From: PVC group bacterium
Lineage (GTDB): Bacteria > Omnitrophota > Gorgyraeia > B26-G9
Assembly (NCBI GenBank): GCA_024231215.1
Contig: JAAEQR010000072.1
Span: forward strand, 65,210-129,209
DNA: 64,000 bases
Direction of reading: 5' to 3'
In this document: one piece after another, positions 37,643 to 47,086 of the stretch
Numbering within the stretch: the stretch's first letter is position 1
Layout: each line of letters opens with the position of its first letter
The notes under the pieces: model-generated
What the model saw: the letters and a program-made list of their open reading frames with translations, nothing else
Databases searched by the model: none
What the model was told of the DNA's origin: nothing
Translations under genes and position numbers: made by a program

Positions 37643-38461
37643 TTAATCTAATAACTCCGATAGGTATACAAATGTAATGCCTTCTTTTTTAAACTCAGGG
37701 ATTGTTTTAGCCAGGACAGACATAGTTGTTGGTTTAGCATGGCCTATGGCAATGGCCTGGCCTTGTCCTAAAGCAATTATTTTGGCTTGTTCTAACTGTT
37801 GTCGGATTGATTCTGCGTCACCATTGTTATCAATGAACACATCGCGTTTTAAAAAGGAAATGTTTATTGCCTGGGCAACTTTTCTACCTACGGATTTTGA
37901 ATCAACGTAGCTGTCTAAGAAAAAAAGCCCGTTATTTTTTAGTTCTGTAAGAACGATGTTCATTATTGTTTCATCTGCGGTTGCCTTAGAACCCATGTGA
38001 TTATTAGCGCCTTTTAAATGCGGAATATTAGTGATAGCTTGTTGAATGATTTTAGTTATTTGTTGTGAGTTCATCGTAGTTAATATTGTATTTTTCTCCA
38101 TAGATATTTGATCAGCGTTATAAGGCTCCATGGGGAGGTGTAAGATAAATTCGTATTTAAGTTTATGCAGTCTATTTGCGATATCTGCTGAATAGGGCAA
38201 GTGAGGTAGAATAGAGCAGGTCATTGGTGTATTAAGGGCTAAAAAGTCTTTAAGAATAGCTTTATTGTATCCCCAATCATCAAGTACAATAGCTAATTTT
38301 GCCACTTTCACATCCAGGGTTTTTTCTTCTGAGACTAGTTCCTCTGGGATGCTTTCGTTTTCCGGTGTGGGAGGAGAATAGTCTTTTTTCTGGAAGATAA
38401 AAAAAGATGCGACCACAGTCGCAATGATAACTGTAATAATAATTATTTTTATTTTAGTCAT
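37643..38461 (-). CDS. Divergent polysaccharide deacetylase family protein
   Basis: AIVLDDWG, LHLPMEP, NNHMGS, RDVFID, AIGH. Confidence 0.9.
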   Translation of the reverse strand: MTKIKIIIITVIIATVVASFFIFQKKDYSPPTPENESIPEELVSEEKTLDVKVAKLAIVLDDWGYNKAILKDFLALNTPMTCSILPHLPYSADIANRLHKLKYEFILHLPMEPYNADQISMEKNTILTTMNSQQITKIIQQAITNIPHLKGANNHMGSKATADETIMNIVLTELKNNGLFFLDSYVDSKSVGRKVAQAINISFLKRDVFIDNNGDAESIRQQLEQAKIIALGQGQAIAIGHAKPTTMSVLAKTIPEFKKEGITFVYLSELLD

Positions 38462-38494
38462 TATTTATCTTAAAGCTTTAACGGAAAAAGAGCT

Positions 38495-39790
38495 TTAGTT
38501 TGTTTTTTTCATTGAATCGTATATTTTTATGCCGTGCATTAGATTGATCGCTGCTCTGAGCTGGTTGTCATTTTCGATAAATTCTTTTTCTTTCTTTTCT
38601 TTTTCGTTTTGTTCTTTGTCTTTTTTCTCTTCTTTTTTCTCATCTATCTTGTCGAAAATGTTAGTATCTTTTTCATTGGTTTTTTTAGAAGGGACTTCTC
38701 TTTTAACAACAACGTCTGGAGTTACACCTTCCTCATTTATTGTTTTCCCCGAAGGGGTGTAATACTTAGCTGTGGTTAAGCGCAGGGCTGATCCGTCACG
38801 TAAAGGGATTACTGTTTGTACAGAGCCTTTGCCGAATGATTGCGAGCCGACAATAATTCCTCTTTTGTTATCCTGAATTGCTCCGGCAACTATTTCAGAA
38901 GCAGAGGCTGATCCGCCGTTAATCAAAACAATAAGGGGAATGTTTTTAAAAGGAGATTTTCCGGTGGAACGGTATTCAAGGTCCTGTTCTTTATAACGGC
39001 CTTTAGTATAGACAATAAGGTCTCCTGTGGGCAGAAATTTACTTGCTGTTTCAACCGAGGAGATAAGCAGACCACCGGGGTTGTTGCGCAAATCGAATAT
39101 TAAGCTGTCCATGCCTTTTTCTTCCAGTTCTTGCAATGCTGAGTCTAGATTTTCTTTAGTTTTTTCTGAAAAATCAACTAGTTTAATATATCCGATATTA
39201 TCTTCTAGAATTGAAGCTTTTCTTATGGCTTTAATCTCGATGATAGCCCGGGTGATTGTATAATCTTTTAATTCATCTTCACTTTCACGCATGATTGTTA
39301 ATGTAACGTTTGTGCCCGGTTTACCACGCATTTTTTTTACAGCTTCGGTGAGTGTAATATCTCTGGTTATTTCGCCTTCGATTTTTACAATTCGGTCCAT
39401 AGCATGGAGGCCTACTTGATCTGCCGGGGTGCCATCTAGCGGGGTAATGATTGTCAGGAGATTATCTTTGATCGTTATTTCAATTCCCAAGCCGCCGAAT
39501 TCACCTTCAGTTTCCACTCGTAATTCTTTATACATATCAGGATCCATGAATTGACTATACGGATCCAGGGTGGCAAGCATGCCTTTTAATGCTCCGTATA
39601 TAATATCTTTTGATTTTACGTCTTCCACATAATCATGCTGGATAGAAGCAATGACATCAGAAAATAATTCGATTTGAGTATACAGATCTTCTTTGGGGTC
39701 TGTATCTGTCTTAGCGATTACCGTATTATTTAGACATAGCGTTATACAGAAAATTAATATAAATAAAAGGGAAATCTTTTTTCTTAACAT
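38495..39790 (-). CDS. ctpA: S41 carboxyl-terminal processing protease
   Basis: LDPYS, PDZ GLGIEI, DLRNNPGG, SASASEI, GKGSVQ. Confidence 0.93.
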   Translation of the reverse strand: MLRKKISLLFILIFCITLCLNNTVIAKTDTDPKEDLYTQIELFSDVIASIQHDYVEDVKSKDIIYGALKGMLATLDPYSQFMDPDMYKELRVETEGEFGGLGIEITIKDNLLTIITPLDGTPADQVGLHAMDRIVKIEGEITRDITLTEAVKKMRGKPGTNVTLTIMRESEDELKDYTITRAIIEIKAIRKASILEDNIGYIKLVDFSEKTKENLDSALQELEEKGMDSLIFDLRNNPGGLLISSVETASKFLPTGDLIVYTKGRYKEQDLEYRSTGKSPFKNIPLIVLINGGSASASEIVAGAIQDNKRGIIVGSQSFGKGSVQTVIPLRDGSALRLTTAKYYTPSGKTINEEGVTPDVVVKREVPSKKTNEKDTNIFDKIDEKKEEKKDKEQNEKEKKEKEFIENDNQLRAAINLMHGIKIYDSMKKTN

Positions 39791-39802
39791 TTTTACCTCC
39801 AT

Positions 39803-41239
39803 TTATGTTGTTCCTAATTTTTTCCTTAAAATATCGTTTACTATTTGCGGATTAGCTTTTCCGCGAGTCTTTTTCATTACCTGTCCAACCAGAAACATGA
39901 GGGCCTTATCTGTTCCATTTCTAAAATCTTCGGCAACTGAAGCATGTTCCTGAATAACTTCGTCTACGATTGTTTCGATCTGCGATGTATCTGAGATCTG
40001 TACTAGATTTTTTTCTGTAATGATCTGAGTAGCTGTATTTCCACTAGTAAACATATCCGGTAGAATCTTTTTGGCTATTTTACCGCTTATTGTATTATTA
40101 TCAATTAATTCCAGCATTTCAATTAGATATTTAACTGGTAATATTTCTGCTAATTTTTTTGATTCAAGCTGATTGTTGTGTATATAATTCATTATATCGC
40201 CCATGAGCCAATTAGCAATAGTTTTTGGAGATTTATATTCTTTTGCTGCTTCCTCAAAATAGAGAGCTATATATTTGTCGGCGCTGATTACGTTTGCGTC
40301 GTATTCGGTGATCTTGTATTCCGAGACAAGGCGTTCTTTTTTAACAGCGGGTAGTTCAGGAAGTTCTTTTCTTACTGTTTCAATTGTCTTATCTTCTATT
40401 GTAAAGGGAGGAAGGTCGGGTTCTGGAAAATACCGGTAGTCATGAGCTTCTTCTTTAGTACGCATGGTAAAAGTCTTTTGCTTGTTTTCATCCCATAACC
40501 TTGTTTCTTGGACGATCAATTCACCGGCATTAAGTGCTTTTTCCTGGCGGATAACTTCATATTCGAGTGCGTCACGTACGCCTTTAAATGAATTCATATT
40601 TTTAAGTTCTGTTTTAACGCCTAACTTGGTTTCTCCTACAGGCCTAAGTGAAATATTTGCATCACATCTTAAGCTTCCTTTTTCCATGTCGCAGTCGGAT
40701 ACTTCCAGGTATTCAAGGATGCTTTTAAGTCGTGTTAGATAATCGTATGCTTCATGGGCTGAGCTTATGTCCGGTTCGGTAACGATTTCTAATAGACACA
40801 TGCCTGTACGGTTATAATCAACCAGACTGGATTGTGAAGTATGTATAAGTTTTCCGGCATCTTCTTCCATATGTGCGCGTAGAACACGGATTTTTTTTGC
40901 TGTAGAATTTTCCGTTTCTATTTCCAGATAGCCGTGTTCAGCCAGTGGCATATCATATTGAGAAATCTGATAGTTTTTCGGCAGATCCGGATAATAATAA
41001 TGCTTGCGGTCGAATTTTAGATAGTTAGAAACTTTGCAGTTAAGTGCTAAAGCAACCTTGATTGCGTATTGTAGGAATTTTTCATTTAAAACAGGAAGTA
41101 CCCCAGGCAAGCCTAAACATACCGGGCAGGTTTGTGTGTTTGCCGGTTGTCCGAATAGGGTGGAGCAGCCGCAAAACGCTTTGCTTTGCGTATCCATCTG
41201 CACATGTACTTCTAATCCGATTACTGTTTCGTATTGCAT
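39803..41239 (-). CDS. gatB: Asp/Glu-tRNA amidotransferase subunit B
   Basis: IGLEVH, YPDLPKNYQISQ, EEDAGK, LRCDANIS, DYRYFPEPDL. Confidence 0.98.
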   Translation of the reverse strand: MQYETVIGLEVHVQMDTQSKAFCGCSTLFGQPANTQTCPVCLGLPGVLPVLNEKFLQYAIKVALALNCKVSNYLKFDRKHYYYPDLPKNYQISQYDMPLAEHGYLEIETENSTAKKIRVLRAHMEEDAGKLIHTSQSSLVDYNRTGMCLLEIVTEPDISSAHEAYDYLTRLKSILEYLEVSDCDMEKGSLRCDANISLRPVGETKLGVKTELKNMNSFKGVRDALEYEVIRQEKALNAGELIVQETRLWDENKQKTFTMRTKEEAHDYRYFPEPDLPPFTIEDKTIETVRKELPELPAVKKERLVSEYKITEYDANVISADKYIALYFEEAAKEYKSPKTIANWLMGDIMNYIHNNQLESKKLAEILPVKYLIEMLELIDNNTISGKIAKKILPDMFTSGNTATQIITEKNLVQISDTSQIETIVDEVIQEHASVAEDFRNGTDKALMFLVGQVMKKTRGKANPQIVNDILRKKLGTT

Positions 41240-41245
41240 AATTTT

Positions 41246-42694
41246 TTAAATTTCAGCTTTCTTTTTATGCCAGTCTGTATTTTGCTGGTAAGCATAAGCT
41301 ACATTAAACAAAGTTTGTTCATCAAAAGATTTTCCCAGAACCTGCAAGCCGATTGGTAATTTTTCTGCAGTTAGTCCGCAGGGGATAGATAACGCTGGAA
41401 TTCCGGCTAAATTTGCCGATATTGTAAATATATCCGAAAGATACATAGCTAAAGGATCATTTATCCGTTCTCCGAGTTTAAATGCTCCGGTGGGAGATGT
41501 CGGGGTAATGATACAGTCAACGTTTTTAAATGCATCTTTAAAATCCTGAGATATTTTAGTTCTTACTTTAAGTGCTTTTAAATAGTAAGCGTCATAGTAC
41601 CCGCTGGAGAGAGCATAAGTGCCGAGGATAACTCTTCTTTTTGCTTCCGGTCCAAAACCTTCACCCCTGGTTTTTAAATACATATCAATAAGAGGACTTT
41701 CTTTATCCAGCTTATTGTCGGTGCGAAGGCCGTATTGTACTCCATCAAAACGGGCTAGGTTTGAGCTGGCTTCGCTGGGAGCAATAATATAATAGGTTGC
41801 CACAGCGTATTCTGTATGTGGCAGAGATATTTCTTTAAACTGTGCACCTAATGATTTTAGTATTTCGATAACCTGCTGAATACTTTGTTTTACTTCCGGA
41901 TTGCTGTCCACATCAAAATATTCTTTAGGCAGCCCGATTTTTAAGCCTTTTATGTTTTCGTTAAGATTAGCAAGATAATCAGGAGTTTCGATATTAACAC
42001 TGGTGGAGTCTTTTTTATCATAGCCGGCGATAATATTTAAAAGTAACGCTGCATCACGGACATCATGTGTTAGAGGTCCGATTTGATCTAAGCTTGAGGC
42101 AAACGCAATCAAGCCGTAGCGGGATACTCTGCCGTAAGTTGGTTTTAATCCTACAACTCCGCAAAGTGAAGCAGGTTGTCTGATGGAGCCGCCTGTATCT
42201 GAACCTAATGCCCAGGGAGTAAATTGTGCGGCTACTGAGGCTGCAGACCCACCGCTTGAACCTCCGGGAGCACATTCTGTATTCCAGGGGTTATGTGTGG
42301 GGCCGTAACAGGATGTCTCACATGATGAGCCAAAAGCAAATTCATCCATGTTTACTTTTCCGAGAACTAAAGCGCCGGCTTGTTCTAGTTTTTCGATAAC
42401 CGTAGCATCGTAGGGGGGTCTGAACCCGTTAAGTATTTTTGAAGCGCAGGTTGTGAGTTGATTTTTTACGCAAAGATTATCTTTAATTGCAATTGGTAAG
42501 CCTTTGAGTTTGCCCTCAGGTAAGGTCTTGATTTTTTTTAATACCTGTTCTGGGTCAAGATGGACAAAGGCGTTTATTTTTGCATCGGATGATTCTATCC
42601 TTTTTAGATATGCCGATGCGATTTCCCAGGATGTAATTTCGCCTTTTTCTAATAATTCCAATAATTCTATTGCGGTTTTATTAACAATATCCAT
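41246..42694 (-). CDS. gatA: Asp/Glu-tRNA amidotransferase subunit A
   Basis: GGSSGGSAA, GSDTGGSIRQPA, SNLARFDG. Confidence 0.98.
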   Translation of the reverse strand: MDIVNKTAIELLELLEKGEITSWEIASAYLKRIESSDAKINAFVHLDPEQVLKKIKTLPEGKLKGLPIAIKDNLCVKNQLTTCASKILNGFRPPYDATVIEKLEQAGALVLGKVNMDEFAFGSSCETSCYGPTHNPWNTECAPGGSSGGSAASVAAQFTPWALGSDTGGSIRQPASLCGVVGLKPTYGRVSRYGLIAFASSLDQIGPLTHDVRDAALLLNIIAGYDKKDSTSVNIETPDYLANLNENIKGLKIGLPKEYFDVDSNPEVKQSIQQVIEILKSLGAQFKEISLPHTEYAVATYYIIAPSEASSNLARFDGVQYGLRTDNKLDKESPLIDMYLKTRGEGFGPEAKRRVILGTYALSSGYYDAYYLKALKVRTKISQDFKDAFKNVDCIITPTSPTGAFKLGERINDPLAMYLSDIFTISANLAGIPALSIPCGLTAEKLPIGLQVLGKSFDEQTLFNVAYAYQQNTDWHKKKAEI

Positions 42695-42781
42695 GAATTT
42701 ATAAAATTGATAGTTTTTATGTTTTTTTATTTATTTTCGTAGTTTGTTTTGTTCTATTGACCATGGACCATGGACTATTAA

Positions 42782-43066
42782 CTATATTATTTTTGGTACT
42801 TCAAATTGTCCGGTTTCTTTTTTTGGAGCGTTTTGTAGTGCTTCTTCATTAGGAAGAGAAGTCTTATTTTCATCTTTTCGGAATACATTTTTCAATTCTA
42901 AAACATGGATAGAAGCAGAAGCCTCACTTGTATCAAGCTGGTTTAGCTTTTCCATATAATTCAGGATTTTATCCAGTTGAGAAGTAAAGTTGTCTAAGTT
43001 ATCCTCTGCAAGCTCGATTCTGGATAGTTTAGCTACGTATTTGACCTGTATTTTATCAAGTGCCAT
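42782..43066 (-). CDS. gatC: Asp/Glu-tRNA amidotransferase subunit C
   Basis: VAKLSRI, NVFRKD, NAP, FEVPKII; start trimmed to MALDK. Confidence 0.93.
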   Translation of the reverse strand: MALDKIQVKYVAKLSRIELAEDNLDNFTSQLDKILNYMEKLNQLDTSEASASIHVLELKNVFRKDENKTSLPNEEALQNAPKKETGQFEVPKII

Positions 43067-43172
43067 GATTAGAGATTTCTCCTCGTTTAGATTATTTAGT
43101 ATAGCATGAAAAATATAAGGAGACAACGGTTTTTTCTTTCTTCTAGAGGTATTATTTGGTAGAATAAGGGAC

Positions 43173-43667
43173 ATGTATAAAAGGATAACTATTTCTACTG
43201 TTTTGATGCTGGCGTTTATCGTAAGTAGCGTTTTTGCCCAGGTAAATCCGAAATTGGTAAATAGTCTGAATGAAGTTTTGGTTTTGGAGATAAAAGCAAA
43301 GCGTCAGTGTGATTTGCATCGCAGAAAGTTTAAGCTTGCTATCCCATATCATCAAATTGTAGTGGATAAGGGGCAGACAATAGATCAGATTACGGATTTG
43401 ATTATAGATATTGCAGGAACAGTAGATAAGCAATGGCCAGAACCAGCAGGAGCTGCTTTAGTAACAGAGGCAATGAATAATGACGCTTATAATCAAATTG
43501 AGCTTGTGCAGAAGTATGATTATATTCTTAGCCGGTTTGGGCATGCTTCTGTGCAGAGAACCATAAGTGTAGCCAGAAATAACGCAATGTATCATTTTAT
43601 GCTGCTTACTAATACTGCTCAGAAAATCATTGATGAAAATAAAATTAATGAACGTCTCTCCAAATAA
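43173..43667 (+). CDS. Exported helical protein, possibly a degenerate ferritin-like fold
   Basis: Signal peptide ending VFA; helical pattern reminiscent of DUF2202-type proteins. Confidence 0.45.
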   Translation: MYKRITISTVLMLAFIVSSVFAQVNPKLVNSLNEVLVLEIKAKRQCDLHRRKFKLAIPYHQIVVDKGQTIDQITDLIIDIAGTVDKQWPEPAGAALVTEAMNNDAYNQIELVQKYDYILSRFGHASVQRTISVARNNAMYHFMLLTNTAQKIIDENKINERLSK

Positions 43668-43783
43668 TTAAATGTAAATTTTTTAAACTTTATAATAGTT
43701 TATTTAAAAGAATTATTTTGTAATTATATTTGATTTATCATTGGAGATAGATCACTTATTATATTTAATACTTTTTAGTAAAC

Positions 43784-43813
43784 TTGACATATTTATTTGT
43801 CCTAAGGTATAAT
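43784..43813 (+). promoter_or_regulatory. Consensus sigma70 promoter of the lipid cluster
   Basis: TTGACA-18 nt-TATAAT. Confidence 0.75.
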
Positions 43814-43834
43814 AAATATTCAAGTTAAAATAGC

Positions 43835-43860
43835 ATTGTGCAAAAATTGTACTGCACAAT
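43835..43860. promoter_or_regulatory. Inverted repeat, candidate operator
   Basis: ATTGTGCA-N10-TGCACAAT just downstream of the promoter. Confidence 0.45.
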
Positions 43861-43893
43861 AATAATTTTATTTTCCAACCAAGGTACACGGTA

Positions 43894-44640
43894 GTGGCTA
43901 ATTTAAAAAATAAAACAGTCATAATCACCGGCGGTTCCAGAGGCATTGGCAAAGCTTGTTGTCTGGCGTTTGCACAGGCAGGTGCTAATGTAATTTTTAC
44001 CTTCAGTAAAAGTAAACAGGAAGCAGACTCTTTAGAAAAACAGATAAATGATATAAATGCAAACTGTTTAGCTATTCAATCCGATATAAAAGACTATGAG
44101 CAATGTCGTGAAGTAGTTGTAAAAAGTATAGAAAAGTTCGAAAAGATTGATATCCTAGTTAATAATGCCGGAATTACTAAAGATAAGGCATTAATGATGA
44201 TGTCTGTAGAAGACTGGAAAGATGTTATTGATACTAATCTGGGTGGAGTTTTTAATATGTCCCGTGCTGTAATTACTACCTTTTTAAAACAAAAAGAGGG
44301 GTGTATTCTTAATATGAGTTCGATTAGTGGAATGGTAGGCATGCCCAGACAGACTAACTATAGCGCGTCTAAAGCAGGTATAATTGGATTTTCTAAAGCA
44401 TTGGCTAAAGAGGTGGCACCTTATAATGTGAGAGTTAATACGGTTTGTCCGGGTTTCGTTGGGACGGACATGGTTGATAATTTGCAGGATAGCGTTAAGG
44501 ATAATATTGCAAAATCTATTCCGGTAAAGAGAATTGGAGATGCCGAAGAAATAGCGGATCTCTGTGTGTTTCTGGCATCGGAAAAAGCACGTTATATTAT
44601 CGGTGAGACGATAAAAATAGACGGTGGTTTGGCAATATGA
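43894..44640 (+). CDS. fabG: 3-oxoacyl-ACP reductase
   Basis: TGGSRGIG, NNAGIT, YSASK, PGFV.TDM. Confidence 0.9.
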   Translation: MANLKNKTVIITGGSRGIGKACCLAFAQAGANVIFTFSKSKQEADSLEKQINDINANCLAIQSDIKDYEQCREVVVKSIEKFEKIDILVNNAGITKDKALMMMSVEDWKDVIDTNLGGVFNMSRAVITTFLKQKEGCILNMSSISGMVGMPRQTNYSASKAGIIGFSKALAKEVAPYNVRVNTVCPGFVGTDMVDNLQDSVKDNIAKSIPVKRIGDAEEIADLCVFLASEKARYIIGETIKIDGGLAI

Positions 44641-44662
44641 AAAATAAAAAAGAGAGGTGAAT

Positions 44663-44920
44663 ATGGCTGAGACAATTAATTTTGAAGAGGTAAAGACAGA
44701 GGTAAGGAAAATTGTCGCGGAAATTATCGAAACTTCCGAGGAAGAATTGAAAGATGACGCAGAATTTGTGGAAGATCTGGGTGTGGATAGCATGATGGCC
44801 CTGGAGATTGTTGCGGTTATCGAGAAGAAGTTTAAGATAACTATTCCGGAAGAAGAAATCCCGAACATTGGTTCTTTACAGAAGATATATGATATTTTAA
44901 AAAAGAGAATGGCTAGTTGA
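44663..44920 (+). CDS. Acyl carrier protein
   Basis: Acidic protein, DLGVDSM phosphopantetheine site; RBS GAGGTG. Confidence 0.92.
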   Translation: MAETINFEEVKTEVRKIVAEIIETSEEELKDDAEFVEDLGVDSMMALEIVAVIEKKFKITIPEEEIPNIGSLQKIYDILKKRMAS

Positions 44921-44931
44921 TCTAACTTGAT

Positions 44932-45528
44932 ATGGGATATTGGATAGTCAGAACGATTTTTGTTGTGATCATAAAGGGATTATTTCGTGTTAAAATAGAA
45001 GGAACTGAACATATCCCGAAAGAGAGCAATTATATCATTGTTGCGAATCACGCCAGCTGGCTTGATCCGATGGTTATGGTTGCGGTAATTCCGTATAAAA
45101 TCTATGGCGTTGCGTTACGTTCTTTATTTCGTATAAAGTGGCTGCAAAGAACGTTAAAAGCACTAGAAGCAATTCCGACTGGTAATTCCTCAGGGCAAGC
45201 ACTTTCTTTATTAATGAAAAACAAGACAGTTGGTTTATTTCCGGAAGCAGGATGTAGTCGCGATGGCAAACTGCGCCGATTTAAAAATGGTGCAGCAGTA
45301 TTGGCTTTAAGAAGCGGTCGGCCTGTTGTTCCCTGTGGGATTAGCGGCTCATATGAAGCTATGCCGCGACATTCTCGATTTCCGAAACTCTTTTCTCGGA
45401 TTACTGTAAAAATTGGCAAACCTTTATATTTTCTCAAAGAATTCGATGAGCTTATTGATCCATTTTTACTGGAAGAAAGTACAGATAAGATAAAGACAGC
45501 GATAGAAAGATTGTGTTATGAACGATGA
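44932..45528 (+). CDS. PlsC-family acyltransferase
   Basis: NHASWLD (HX4D), FPEA.CSRDG, FKNGA. Confidence 0.88.
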   Translation: MGYWIVRTIFVVIIKGLFRVKIEGTEHIPKESNYIIVANHASWLDPMVMVAVIPYKIYGVALRSLFRIKWLQRTLKALEAIPTGNSSGQALSLLMKNKTVGLFPEAGCSRDGKLRRFKNGAAVLALRSGRPVVPCGISGSYEAMPRHSRFPKLFSRITVKIGKPLYFLKEFDELIDPFLLEESTDKIKTAIERLCYER

Positions 45529-47086
45529 TTCGCTAATCCAAATACAATTTAGCCGTGTTATTCACGCGAAGAAATGGAAAGTTATTCGTACACTTACCCG
45601 TGTCTGGGAATTACCCCGCCTTGTGCATAGTATCAAAGAAGTAACGGTACTACAAAGAAGCAAGCGTACTCTGAAGACTAAATGGCATATTGAGGTAAAC
45701 AATGTTCCTATTTCCTGGATTGAGGAGGAAACCTTGTGCTTACAAGAGAACCGGATTTGCTTTCGTGCTGTAGAAGGTGATCTAACTAATTTTTCCGGTG
45801 AGTGGAATTTTCAAGATCATCCGGAAGGGACGCAGGTGTCTCTTAGTGCGAAAGTTCGTTTTGATATTCCGGCAATAGGGCAAGTGAGCGGCCCTTTTAT
45901 TCAACAGCTGTTAACCCGAAACTTTGAAGCAATAATGGATGCTTTTGAACGGCGATTGGTTTCTCTTAGATATTCCGGGTATAAGAAAGGAGATACAAGT
46001 CAACTAGCTGGTTTTGGGGTAATTGGCCACTTATATAATTTTAATCATCTAGAAAAATGTTTGAAAATGTTACAGCCTGATTTTGTAATGCCTTCAAAAG
46101 AATTTTTAAGCCAGCTTTTTTATATCACTCCGTCTTTTAAACTATACGATATTCTGAATTTCAAATCAAAAACAGGCCAAAGCGTTAATGGTTGTTTTAT
46201 TGTGGCTACGTTTATCCCTGAAATGATAGACAAAGATATCTGGGCAGTCTATTCGAAAGTTATAAAAGCTTGTAAGGTTGCGGAAAAGCATGGGACGGGT
46301 ATTGTCGCTCTGGGTGGATTTACTTCGATTGTTGGGGAACGTGTTAGTCAGCAGATGAATGATGATGTTGATGTCCCGGTTACTACCGGCAATGCGTTTA
46401 CTGCAGCAATGACTATTGCCGGAATAGAAAAAGCGGTTTGTCGAATGGAAAAGAATTTGAATCAGATGACCTTAACGATTGTGGGAGGGACTGGAGATAT
46501 CGGTAGTGCCTGTGCTCGTGTTTTTGCTAGTCGTGTAAAAAAATTGATTTTAACGGGCCGGACCAAGGGGCATCTGCGTAATCTGCGCAATGAATTAACC
46601 AAAAATGGATCAGCTCGTGTCATAGAGACTACGGACAATCAATCTGCAGTTAAAGAAGCAGATGTTGTTATAGCTGCGGCAAGTGCTTCAGCGTCTATTC
46701 TTGATATTAACTGGTTTAAACCCGGGGCGATTATCTGTGATGTGGGTTATCCTAAAAATGTTTCTTATAGGTTTAACTCCCGGGAGGATATCTTTGTTTT
46801 TTCCGGAGGGCTTACGAAATCCCCGACACAACTTCAATTACCGATCGATGTGGGATTGCCGAGTCCTGAAACTATTTACGGGTGCTTTGCCGAGGCGATT
46901 ATCCTGGCTTTGGAAAAAAGGTATGAACAGTTTAGCTTTGGCCGGGGCAATATCACAGCGGAAAAGATTGAAGAGATTAGGCTGCTAGGGGCAAAACATG
47001 GATTTGAAACAGCTGATTTTTTCTGGGGACACCAGGCAATTGATGAATCAATGATTGAAAGAATTAAAAAAGCGGCGTATGTTTAA
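45518..47086 (+). CDS. START/polyketide-cyclase domain fused to long-chain acyl-ACP reductase
   Basis: N-terminal SRPBCC-like region (EGDL..FSGEW.F). C-terminal FGVIGHL, ALGGFTSI, TTGNAFT, GGTGDIGS, GYPKN, YGCFAEA, FSFGRGNIT, KHGF. Confidence 0.82.
   Translation: MNDDSLIQIQFSRVIHAKKWKVIRTLTRVWELPRLVHSIKEVTVLQRSKRTLKTKWHIEVNNVPISWIEEETLCLQENRICFRAVEGDLTNFSGEWNFQDHPEGTQVSLSAKVRFDIPAIGQVSGPFIQQLLTRNFEAIMDAFERRLVSLRYSGYKKGDTSQLAGFGVIGHLYNFNHLEKCLKMLQPDFVMPSKEFLSQLFYITPSFKLYDILNFKSKTGQSVNGCFIVATFIPEMIDKDIWAVYSKVIKACKVAEKHGTGIVALGGFTSIVGERVSQQMNDDVDVPVTTGNAFTAAMTIAGIEKAVCRMEKNLNQMTLTIVGGTGDIGSACARVFASRVKKLILTGRTKGHLRNLRNELTKNGSARVIETTDNQSAVKEADVVIAAASASASILDINWFKPGAIICDVGYPKNVSYRFNSREDIFVFSGGLTKSPTQLQLPIDVGLPSPETIYGCFAEAIILALEKRYEQFSFGRGNITAEKIEEIRLLGAKHGFETADFFWGHQAIDESMIERIKKAAYV

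Noticed and set aside
44284-44868. 194-aa minus-strand ORF and the other short antisense or alternate-frame ORFs in the track
   Set aside because: They lie opposite or within well-supported genes and show no recognisable motifs.
45518-47086. Alkane biosynthesis pathway
   Set aside because: No aldehyde-deformylating oxygenase in the window, and the other genes suggest an anaerobe.
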